A stretch of DNA of 64,000 bases, taken from the NCBI GenBank assembly GCA_965153355.1, contig OZ231126.1, positions 5,828,001 through 5,892,000 of the forward strand, written 5' to 3'. The position numbers and the translations under genes are program-made. Source of the DNA: Flaccisagitta enflata. Its lineage: Eukaryota. Shown here in pieces: positions 1 through 11,626 of the stretch (its first letter is position 1; each line of letters starts with the position of its first letter). Below the pieces are notes generated by a model, which made no database searches, had not been told where the DNA came from, and was given only the letters and a program-made list of their open reading frames with translations.

Positions 1-3000
1 ACATCAACAACATTAACATCAACAACATTAACATCAGCAACAACAACAACAACAGCAGCAACCGCCTCGTCGTCCATGGCAACTCGGGAGCGACCCCTGA
101 GGCGGGGAGCGGCCCTTGTGAGCGGGATTTCAGACCCGCCGGACCACTTTCACCACAAATGATGCTGCCCGTCAATGATCTTTATATCAAAAGGGTAAGT
201 CTCGTTTCGTTGAGATAAAACCCGCGATCTTTCCATTACAAGACCGGTTACACGATCCCCCCCCCCCCCCCGCCGAGGCGCGGACGGTTGGGCAGGGACA
301 AAAACTGCTCACAAAGCAAAGCTGAAACAAAGGGCGTGAACTAATTGTTGCTTCGAAAGAGATCAGCGATATGGTACACACGTATACATGCATCCTTACG
401 TTGTCTGCTGGCTCTTATTCAGACAGGACCCAAATCAGAAGTGAGGAGGGACCCAAAGCTTTAGCAGCCCCCTACAGCTTTCATAACTCTAGCAATTTTT
501 CTACTTCCAGTGGCGGTTAACATCTTAGGTGAATACAATTAATGCCCCTAGGGCAATTTTTCAATTTTCAAAGTTGAAGAAAACAATTGTTCAATTTTTT
601 TAAAGTCTAGAGGGTGATTTTATAAAATCTCGGGATGTTCTAAACGTAAATGGAAATTCAAAAATCTTCGCAATGGCGCCAATTATATCCATCCAAGGGA
701 GAAATGAGAGATTTGCTCTAACGATATAAGCTGTATGGGGCTGCAAAAACTTTGGGTCCCTCCTCACTTCTTATTTGGGTCGTCTGTATCAGAGCCAGCA
801 GACAACGTAAGGATGCATGTAAACGTGTGTAACCAACAGACTGTAATCATGGTCGCAATTGATCATTTATCACATCCCATATCTCCCATATCCATGACTA
901 GACGGAGGTGGAGGCGGCTATTTGTCCTGACATGTACACGCGGCAACAACGACTTCGAGCTTGTTACAAGTTTGTGCCGATTCCGATGACTTGGGTACAG
1001 GCCCAAGAATATTGCTTCCAACACAAAGCCAATCTCGTTGCCATCGAATCCATGGAGGTAATATCTGTCCTCTATATTGGAGGTATGGCTCTTGAAAAGT
1101 GGATGCATCTTGGGCATGGGCATGGGCAGGGGCAATCACGGGGAATCCATGAAAGTATGGCTCTTCCTAAATGGTTACTTTTAGGGCAGGGCAGGAGAAG
1201 GGGTAGAATAATCACGGGGAATCCATGAAGGTATGGCTCTTCCAAATATGGATGCTTTTTGGGCAGCAACCTCGAAGGGAAAATCACAGGGCAATCTGTG
1301 TCTCCGCATATTCGCCCCCCCCCCCTTGCCCCATCCTTAGGACTTTGTCTCGGAACCTTACGGAAAAGTTAGATACAGTTAAACTTCGCTTCAACGGACC
1401 CGCTACTAACGAATTCCGCCTGTAATAGTTTCTCATTCTTTCTCCCTTCAACCGGTTTTCAACCTCACTTTCAACTTCACTCACAAACTCGCAAACCGCT
1501 GATCATGTACCGCCTTTAGACTGCTACTTCAGATGTCACTATATCTCGTTCAGTTTGTATCTTTTAGCAAGATGGTAAAAGGAGAGGAGAAAGCCGTCCA
1601 CTGCCCCAGGTCACACTTTCCCCATATATATCAACAACAGTATTTTGTAAATAAATGTCCAATCCTTATTTATCAGGAGAACGAATATCTAAAGAGCGGC
1701 ATCATGATGCTAAATGACGATCTCAAGTCGATGCCATCTCACATATCACCAGGTGAGTCCACGTTGGTAAAATTAAGAGCTTCTTCCTCTTCGGGGCCCT
1801 TCAATCGCAACCAACTTCTAACTCTCACTCCATTTATGTATGTTATTAATTGCCATGAACCGAGCTTTTTTTCTCGGAGCCCTTCTCATCCTCACCCAAC
1901 TTATGATACAAATTGCCACGAACTGAGCCTCCTACTCCTTGCCCTTGAGCCCCTTCTTACCAACTGTCTCTTCATTCTCATCCAGTTCCATCTCCTCAAA
2001 TTCTTATCCAATTCATAGTAACAAATTGCCGTGAACTGAGATTCTTCTTCCTCCCAATCAGGTCATCGGATTAGTTGGTGGTTAGGAGCCACCGATGAGC
2101 ATATCGAGGGAAAATGGCTAACGGTAATTTTGACAAGAAACGAATTCTTACAAATTGTGAGCAATCCGGAGTAAACACCATTGAAAGCTTGCAAGGCATT
2201 CATCCTTTGAAAATAGGAGAATTCTGGCCTCCTTTTGTAAGGGCAATGTTGTTTCAACATTCATATGAAGGTTTCACGCCTAGTAGAGTCGATTTTAACA
2301 GTACAGATTCAGTGATAATACAATGAGAGGGGCAGCAAAATCACTAGCACCCCTACCCACAGCTTAAATGGGTAATGTCACAAAGACAACTAATGTGGCA
2401 GCTGGAAGCTTATCCCAAGACAATTCCCGCCATCGAGGCGTTTTCCGAATTTCCTTCTCATTCCGTAGGTCATAACAGGGCTAAATCCAACACTTCTGAA
2501 AATGGCTGATTTTCACCCTAAAAAGAACTGTATCTCTAAAACTAGGTTGAAATAACAAAATCGCCTCAATGGCGGGAATAGTATTGGGATAAGCTATCGG
2601 CCACCACTAGGCCTTGATCTACAACTTGGAATTTCTAAGGCTGAAAGCGGATCTCACTTTGAAAAAAACTCGCCCCCTGAAGTGTTGACTGTTGTTACAG
2701 GCTCTATACGCCACCGATCTAGGCGTTCTTGGTCTTGTTCGATGGAGATTTTATTTCTCTTGCCGTCGGCTTTAACTAAACATTATTATTCTCTTCTTAG
2801 GGGCCCCTAAGGGCCCCTAAGGGCCCCCAAAAAAGCCCTTATAGAGAATTTTTTTTTTGAAAAAAAAAGTGGGGTGCAATCAATAGGAAATTGTTTGATT
2901 TGCCTAGATCCAAAATCTTGTATTTTCACTTTTTAGTCGCGTGCACGCGACTCTATAACCCGCTCCGTCGGTCGGTCGGTCGGTCGGTCGGTCCGTCCGT

Positions 3001-5783
3001 CGGTAACACTTAGCTTTTTTTCGTTGTTTTACATCATTTTAGGGTATTTTATGTCATTTTAAGTCATTCTAAGTCATTTTAAGTCATTCTAAGTCAATTT
3101 CAGTTAATTTAAGTCACTTAAGTCATTTTGTCATTTTTTGTCAATTTTGTCATTTTATGTTATTATAAGTCATTTTAAGTCATTTTAAGTCATTCTATGT
3201 TTTTTAAGTCATTCTAAGTCATTCTAAGTCATTCTAAGTCATTCTAAGTCATTCTAAGTCATTCTAAGTCATTCTAAGTCATTCTAAGTCATTCTAACTC
3301 ATTCTAACTCATTCTAAGTCACTTTAAGATTTTTTTTTTGGCTTTTGTAGTTTTTAATAACACTTTGCTTTTTTGGTCAATTTGGGTCATCTGGAGTTAT
3401 TTTGAGTCATTTTTTAGTTGTCATCTTTGGTTGCCTATGGTCATTTTTGGTTGCTTTTGGTCATTTTTGGTTGCTTTTAGTCATTTTTGGTCATTTTTGA
3501 TCATTTATGTCACTTTGTTCATTTAAGTCATTTGTGTCGTTTTTGGGGCATTTAGAACAGTTTTAAGTCATTTTGGAACATTTCAGGTCATTTTTGGTCA
3601 TATAACATGTTTGGGTTGGCTGGTTTATGTCGGCTGATTTAGGTCAGCTGGTTTAGGTCTGCTGGTTAAGTCGGCTGGTTTAAGTCTGCTGGTTTAGGTC
3701 TGCCGGTTTAAGTCTGCTGGTTTAAGTCTGCTGGTTTAAGTCTGCTGGTTTAAGTCTGCTGGTTTAAGTCTGCTGGTTTATGTCTGCTGGTTTTAGTCTG
3801 CTGGTTTTAGTCTGCTAGTTTTAGTCTGCTGGTTTTAGTCTGCTGGTTTTAGTCTGCTGGTTCTAGTCTGCTGGTTCAAGTCTGCTGGTTTAAATCTGCT
3901 GGTTTAAGTCTGCTGGTTTAAGTCTGCTGGTTTAGGTCTGCTGGTTTAGGTCTGCTGGTTTAAGTCTGCTGGTTTAAGTCTGCTGGTTTGAGTCTGCTGG
4001 TTTGAGTCTGCTGGTTTGAGTCTGCTGGTTTGAGTCTGCTGGTTTGAGTCTGCTGGTTTGAGTCTGCTGGTTTAAGTCTGCTGGTTTAAGTCTGCTGGTT
4101 TAAGTCTGCTGGTTTAAGTCTGCTGGTTTAAGTCTGCTGGTTTAAGTCTGCTGGTTTAAGTCTGCTGGTTTAAGTCTGCTGGTTTAAGTCTGCTGGTTTA
4201 AGTCTGCTGGTTTAAGTCTGCTGGTTTAATTCTGGTTTAAGTCTGGTTTAAGTCTGGTTTAAGTCTGGTTTATGTCTGGTTTGAGTCTGGTTTGAGTCGG
4301 GTTTGAGTCTGGTTTGAGTCTGGTTTAAGTCTGGTTTGAGTCTGGCTTGAGTCTGGTTTAAGTCTGGTTTAAGTATGGTTCATGTCTGATTTATGTCTGG
4401 TTTAGGTCTGGTTTAGGTCTGGTTTATGTCTGGTTTAAAATGGTTTATGTCTGGTTTAGGTCTGGTTTAATTCTGGTTTGAGTCTGGTTTGAGTCTGGTT
4501 TTGGACTGGTTCAAGTCTGGTTTGAGTCTGGTTTGGGTCTGGTTTGGGTCTGGTTTAAGTCTGATTTTCAATAAAAAGATACAATAAGGAGTCAGGTCAG
4601 TTCAGTTATTTGTATCCTGCACGCGACTTATAGGTGTTGGCCTTGTTTCAAAAAACTTAGAAAAATTTTATGTCGCGCGTCAGGGACTTAAAAAAAAAAT
4701 CACAAAATATTGTTTTGAAAAAGGGTTTTCAAAAGTGGGGTGCAATCAATAGGAAATTGTTTGATTTGCCTTGATCCAAAATCCTGCATTTTCATTTTTT
4801 TTTCAGAAAACTTGAAAATTTTTTTGTCGCGCGTCAGGGACTCAGAAAAAAAATCACAAAATATTTTTTTGAAAAATGGTTTTCAAAAGTGGGGTGCAAT
4901 TGATAGGAAATTGTTTTATTCGCCTAGATCCAAAACCTGTAAAATTATTTTTTTCAAAAAATTTAAAAATTTGATTGGGGGCGAGTTCAAAGAAAAAAAG
5001 AACGTCGTTTTTTTCTTTTACTTTTTAAGTATGAAAAAGGCCGTAACTTCTAAACTATTGATGCGATTGTCCTGAAATTCGAAATACTAGCTGACGTCAT
5101 GCTTCTCGACGTACGAGCTAAAAATCTTGATTGTGAACCGTCGTAAAGTTGGACGCACTTCTTTGCCTACCACCACCTTTGATAACCTTGTGGTATTAAT
5201 CATCTGAGCTACAGGTAGGGGTACTAGCGATTTCGACTACCCCTCTCACTGTAATATCATTGCTTCTGTATTTCGCTCGCAATCTCACCAAAGGTACACG
5301 GAAAGGAGCTACCAGCAATAGACTGGGCAAGAGGAGAGCCCAATAATGCCAAGGAATCGGAACACTGCCTCACCTTCTGGACGCCAGAAAGGTGAGTTCA
5401 TTGAATGTGTAGGGAGCCCTAAGCCTTACAATGGAACCCCAGAGAAAATGCGTGGGAGAGGGCCTTAAACTTAAAGCCTCACTGACCAATTACCAGTGCA
5501 TGAATTACACGCAAATGATTAGCAGAGGGGAGAATCTAAGGAGAATTTTATCAGGACCACCATTTTAATGAACGTGAAAAAAAAAGAGAATTTACGACAC
5601 AGCTTTGAGAATTTCGTCCAAAACCTAAACGGTCCCGATGCGAAATCTGCATTTTAGACATGATTTCTTCCTCATTTTTGTTTTCATTTCAGAAAGCTCC
5701 ATGAGCCGGTGGCACTTCATTGGAACGATTATCACTGCGATAAGCGAGCCAAATTTATCTGCGAATTCCGACTCAAAATTTGA
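1..5783 (+). CDS. C-type lectin domain protein (EPN/WND, mannose-type), 5'-partial, 6 exons in window
   Basis: join(<1..194,902..1057,1677..1752,2062..2123,5294..5391,5693..5783). All junctions are GT-AG and in phase. Translation contains CPDMY..ACYKFVPIPMTWVQAQEYC..NLVAIES.EENEYL..WWLGATDEHIEGKW..DWARGEPNNAKESEHC..HWNDYHCDKRAKFICE, a canonical CTLD. Assignment of the first exon is less certain. Confidence 0.88.
374..832. mobile_element. MITE-like foldback: TA-type core (~420-786) flanked by a further ~45-bp inverted repeat
   Basis: The arm gtacacacgtatacatgcatccttacgttgtctgctggctct pairs with agagccagcagacaacgtaaggatgcatgtaaacgtgtgtaac. The inner arms gaggagggacccaaag / ctttgggtccctcctc are the same family as 33908-34307. 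Confidence 0.7.
2321..5251. mobile_element. Non-autonomous Tc1/mariner-type element (TA-flanked, ~50-bp imperfect TIRs) in a lectin intron, carrying a nested insertion
   Basis: Left end TA|caatgagaggggcagcaaaatcactagcacccctacc; right end ggtaggggtactagcgatttcgactacccctctcactg|TA. No transposase ORF. Confidence 0.7.
2935..4647 (-). mobile_element. DINE-1/HINE-like (Helentron-associated) element expanded by internal minisatellites
   Basis: Terminal hairpin agtcgcgtgcacgcgact plus (gtcg)n at one end, and cacgcgact...ggccttgtt at the other. Inserted in a T-run. Interior is made of 10-bp (aagtcattct), 14-bp (aagtctgctggttt) and 11-bp (aagtctggttt) arrays. Confidence 0.65.
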
Positions 5784-7385
5784 CTTTTTTTATGTTTTAC
5801 TGTTGTTTTATATTCTGTATAGAAAATTTAGCTTCTTTACATGCAGGATCTATCTTTTTCAGTGAGGCAGTTTCACTGTACTGTTACTATCTTTTTCAGT
5901 GAAGCAGCTCGACTGACCTTATTCGTTGACGAATTGATTAGCCGGCTTTTCCCGCCAATCACAGATAGTGATACTTTGCATGATGTGTCGCTTTAAACAT
6001 TATTAGGCCTTCGCTTTATCACTAACTATTTAGCTAGAAAGTTCGTTTGCACAATTTAGAGGAGTTCTGATTCCGTACCAAACCTAGTCAAATGAACATT
6101 TTCGGCAGATGAATAACATGAAAATGATGATGAAATTACTGTAAGTTCGGGTACGATATGAAACGATTACAAAACGAGGGGAACGCTATATGCAGCGCAT
6201 CCACAAGAAACGAATGGGTACATCAAATTGTGATCTACCCTAGATAAATACTATCTCGTGTAATGGGAATAATACACGCAGATGGTTTTAATGACAATCA
6301 ATGCTAGACGGGACAAACTAGAGGATGGTGGCTATTCTACAAATCTGGGAGACTAGTTCCGAATACAGTTATGTAAAGTCCTAATAAGCCAATTACAGTC
6401 ACATTCCCATAATCCCATCTTTAAAGAAATCAACATATAACTATACTTCATGTTTCAAATTCAAATCAGCTTTTATCATTAGAATGTAAATACTACGGTT
6501 ACTTTTTTCATTCTGTTATAGCAAAATGTTAAGGCAAGCCACAATGGGGATAAATAAACGAACGAAAAGCTGCTCCAGGCTAATGTCAGATGAAGCCTCC
6601 ACAGTTCGATTTCATTTGAGATAAATGAAAAATTGCTCATCCCATAATCACTGACAGCATATCCTACAGAAAGTTCACCTCACGTTCACTTCTCACACAC
6701 GTTGACTTCTCACACAAGAAGGACGTAAAGTTGAACCCCGCAATAACGGATGCTAGGGGATCAATAAATTTCATCTGTTAAAAAAATATCCAAAGTGGTT
6801 TAAATCTCATATTCACTATAGGCGGATTTCCCTTAACTCTTGAATCCACTATTGCGGGGTGTAACTTTAACCACTTTCAGAAATTTGAATCCATTTTGAA
6901 AGCCTAACGAACACTTTTTAAAGAGGTATACTGTCAATAGGAAAGTCAACTTGGGTTTGTTCCTCGAAAGAGCGAGAGAAAATGCCATGTCGGAATTTTC
7001 TCCCTGCGTTAGTATAGATCCTACGCGACAAATATGGAAGAATATTGTTAAATTGCAATGAATATCATTCATTTTTGGCCAAAATCATGTCTGGGTGATT
7101 TTTTTTCTCCAAAAAATTTGAGTAAAAAATCAAAGAATTAAGGAAGTTTAAAATAAAGGGTTGTTATGGCTCAACTTTGGCGACGTGAGGTAACGTGAGC
7201 TGCATGTCATATCCCCAGAGTATGACCAATTCAAATCTGTTTTCATTTTCACTTCATGACAACGCGCGTTGACGCGATAAAAAAAAGAAACAGCCTATGA
7301 CTTAGCAAAAGCTACAACGAAATAGTCAAAAATCAACAAGGTCAGTTACACCGATTCTACTTTGGAAGAATGTCATTTCTAAATG

Positions 7386-7566
7386 AACAAGGCCGGATAA
7401 ACGGCTACCAAAGTCGCGTGTGGGTGGGCAGGGGCCATGTTTGAGGTCACCAGACCATTTGGGCAGGAGCAGTAAGGACAAAGAAATAAAATTGCAAAGA
7501 AGTAAAGTGTAACCAACCGACCAACCGACAATGCGGGTTGTAGAGTCGCGAGCATGCGATTAAAAA
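7386..7566 (+). mobile_element. Short DINE-1/HINE-like element (aacaaggccgg...gtcgcg hairpin family)
   Basis: aacaaggccggataaacggctaccaaagtcgcgtg...gggtgggcaggggc...(accg)n...agtcgcgagcatgcgatt+A-run. Related copies at ~13789-13938, 41561-41620, 44895-45078, 58951-59157 and 63105-63259. Confidence 0.6.
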
Positions 7567-7736
7567 AGATAGAAGATCGCGCTTGGCGCCATTTTGAAGA
7601 ACTCAAAAGAATCTTTCTTTTCATCATGCATGAATTTTGTCTAAATTGGTTGAAAAAAACAACTAAGTAACAAGCTTGCAAAGTTAGATAAAGTTTGAAT
7701 AAACTTAAGAAATTACTTCACATTCACGGGATCACA

Positions 7737-7770
7737 AACACACACATGGGAACACACACACACACACGGG

Positions 7771-7865
<95 letters not shown>
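7737..7865. repeat. (CA)n microsatellite
   Basis: Direct dinucleotide run. Confidence 0.95.
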
Positions 7866-7867
<2 letters not shown>

Positions 7868-8287
7868 GGAAAAAAATACTCCTGGCTGAGGTTCCAAAAT
7901 GGATCATCAGAGAAAAACTATCGTAAATTCTTGGAAACGACAATAACAAAGAAGTGGTACCCAGTTACAAGGCTCAAATTTCATCAGTCATTAAAAATTT
8001 AGCTTCCCTAGCCTTGAGAAAAGTATAAATATTTGCGCAAATTAACGCCGAGATATTTTCTACATTCCTGTTCCAAAGTACAAGCTAGAAGAGAAAAGGA
8101 TCTGACCTCAGAAATGAGGCTAAATTCAGCTAAAAACGTACGACTGAAAAAGCGAGATGTAATAACGGAGATACCGATTTCTAGTGTTCGCTTATTAAAT
8201 GTTTTGTGCGCAGTCAAGAAGGATCAAATCAATGGCAAAAGTAACAAGACTCTGAAATCAAAGCACCGAACACAACTGCAAGAAAGA

Positions 8288-8579
8288 AAAAACAACAACA
8301 ACAACAACGAGAACAACAATGCAAATAACAATGACAACAATGCAAATAACATCAATAAGAACAATAACAAGAACAAGTAAAACAACAATCAAAACAACGA
8401 GATTAACAACAATGAATACAACAGCAAAAACAAAAACAACAACAACAACAACAACAACAATGAAAGCAGTAATAACATAAGTAACAACAACAACAACGGC
8501 AATAACAACAACCACAAAAACAACGAGAGAAAAACAACAAAAATGACAAAAACAACAACAACAAAAACAATGACAACGA

Positions 8580-8639
<60 letters not shown>

Positions 8640-8640
8640 G
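8288..8640. repeat. Degenerate (AAC)n microsatellite
   Basis: Direct trinucleotide run; source of spurious poly-C/V/L/N ORFs. Confidence 0.9.
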
Positions 8641-9744
8641 AAGAGGAAAGACAATAAGCATCAGTGTAGTCATCAACCAATTTTACATGCTTGTCATATG
8701 AATTTGGCGTTTTTCATGGTTGGGCCTTTTCCCATTAGTTGTTCAAGATTGCTGTTAAAGCACTTGTTTAATGCCTTTTTTTTCATAAAAATGGGTATTT
8801 TACCTATTCCCCCAATAAAAACAATATTTCAGGTCTTCTTTGGCATATCTTGTCCATTGATTAGCCCAAGAAGAGAGTTATGGTGATTGAGATAAAAGTA
8901 GACAGAAACACCCAATAGGGCAATTTTACAACTTTTTAGTCACGACGACATAAAATACCAAAAAATGTGTGTTACGAGGTATCAAATGAAAGCCCTTGCA
9001 ATACTGCATCGACTCATACCGGTTATTAGGGGTTTAGAGAAAAACAATTTTTTTCGTTTACATTGCTACTGTCAATTCACCAGGAGCAGAATAGGAGGAG
9101 GTGGTATGATCCCTGATGGCACTCACACAACATGACAATCATCACCAAGAAGGAGAGAAAATGACAACGAATAAAACGACGAGTATTGGCTCAAAAGACT
9201 AATGCGACAAAAAAGGTGCTTGAAGTTGAACTCTAAAGTCTGAAGATGAACGAGTCAAAAACACACAATCTAATGAGGCCTCGAACATCACTCGAGGAAC
9301 GGGTGCGCGTGAATTAGGAATGAAGGAATTGAAGGATTCAGTTAACACGAGACAGGGTCACGGGAAATGATACTGAAGACAAAGATTGCTGGACAATACG
9401 AGGATTTTCTCGATATAAGTTGATAGCCCCTATTAACGGACGGACAAGCGGACTTATCATATCTAAATTCATTCACGGATGTTCAATAACAAGAAAGCCC
9501 ACAGACAGACAGTGAAATAAAGCGGGACAACAAAGTAGGTCCTCATTGAACAAGATCAAGTAAGCCAAGACTTACGCCGTATCGAATAACCGACAGACAG
9601 ACAGACAGACAGACAAATCGAACAACTGACAGACTCCTCGTACGATGGCGCACATTAAAACGAGTATTTTGAATAAAACACACAATTTTCCTCCCTTGCC
9701 ATGGTTAAGTCAAAAGTGTTTCCAGTGGTTTTGTTGATGGCGAA

Positions 9745-9959
9745 TTACGCGCCACTGTTGGTAGCGCAGAGAGTTTTGAGATAGCTGACGGCGTTTTGCG
9801 CGGCCGTCATGTGCGCGAGATCTTTGGTGGCGCCCAAACCGTGGCAAACGGCAACTGGCATCGTGGACAATTGAACGATGCACTGATGACGCCCGCAGGT
9901 AGACATCTCAGGCAAGTCAACGTAACTGCAAAGGAGAGAGAGAGAAAGATTGAGATAGG

Positions 9960-10055
<96 letters not shown>

Positions 10056-11539
10056 ACACACATACACACATACACACATACACACGCACGCACGCACGCA
10101 CGCACGCACGCACACAGAAAGACAGATAGACAAAGAAAGGAAGAAAGATCGAAAGCATCTGAAATAAGGAACCTCACTCTTTTAATTGTTTTATTTACCT
10201 TTGATTAATATCCTGTCTTGCTTTGGCTGGTCAAAATACTTGTCTGAACGGGTTATCTAATAAGGATTCCAGTAAAATATTTTTTTCTCTTCTCAGCCTA
10301 AGGAGTGACAGACTTTTCTAATTCTCAATTAAGAAAAAAGTGATCTTTAAAAAAAAATCAAATTTGGTTAAGACTAAAACAATATAAGCTTCACCTAAGC
10401 AACGAGTGTTCTGAGAATTCTCCTATGAAAAGCGAGAAAGACAGAGAGAAACAAAGAGAGAAAGAGGAAGAAAGAGAGGAGAGATAGAAAGAAGGAGAGA
10501 TAGAAAGAAAAGAGAGAAAGAGTGAGAGAGCGAGAGAGCGAGAGAGCGAGAGGGAGAGAGAGAGAGAGAAAGATAGATAGATAGATAGATAAAGAGAGAG
10601 ATAGCAAGAGAGATAGAAAGATAGATAGAAAGAAAGAAAGAAGAGAGTGGCGCGAAAGACAAATCGGGACAGATAGAGACGCATAGAGACGCATAGAGAG
10701 ATACAGCGATGCAGAGCTCGTTAAATGAATACTGACGTGACTTCGAATCCGTGTGCTTCAGCGACGCTCTGCAGAACTTGGATGAAGTTGGTCACCGCAG
10801 ATGACGCTTTTTTGCCTGAAAGGAAAATGCGAGAGAAAGGAAAGTGAAATACGCAAAAGGGGGAACTGAAAGGAACACGCCGGGATACGCGGATAATTTG
10901 TGGTCGCTTGGGCAGGGGCGATAATGCGGGTGGGCAGGGACGATAATGCGGGTGGGCAGGGGCCGTAATGCTAAAAAAATCGTTGTTTTAGCCAATTTCG
11001 CGTCTTTCAAATTTTCGCATCACAAACCTGCCTACAAACATACTCTAATGGCAAGTGACTCAAAAACAGTAAAGTGATAAGACTGATCAATACGTACGTA
11101 AATACTAAAAGGTTAAGTCTAGTCAATATGCTCCTCTTACCTTTGTTGATTTTGACTTTGTTGGCGATGGCGGCTGCTGCGGGGCTGGGATTGGGTCCCA
11201 TGAGCCCCTGCAGCGCCAAATCGCCTCCGCTGATCGGCGGCAGCTGAGACGCCGCTTCTTTCTTCTTCTCTTCTTTCAAAATGGAATAGTAAGAGGATTT
11301 GATCTGCTCAGCGTCCACTTCCTCGCCAACTGACCGTGGAAGGGTAGAGAACGAATGGAAAGATTAACCTTGAACCTAGCTCACAATAACGATGAATTTG
11401 AGACACTCACTAACACCTTGAAAAAAGACACCCGCTGAGACCAGAAAAGAGATGAGCGCGCGCGCGCACGCACGCACACACACAGAAACAAACACACACA
11501 AAAACGCACACGCACAAAAACGCACACCCAAACATACAT

Positions 11540-11626
<87 letters not shown>

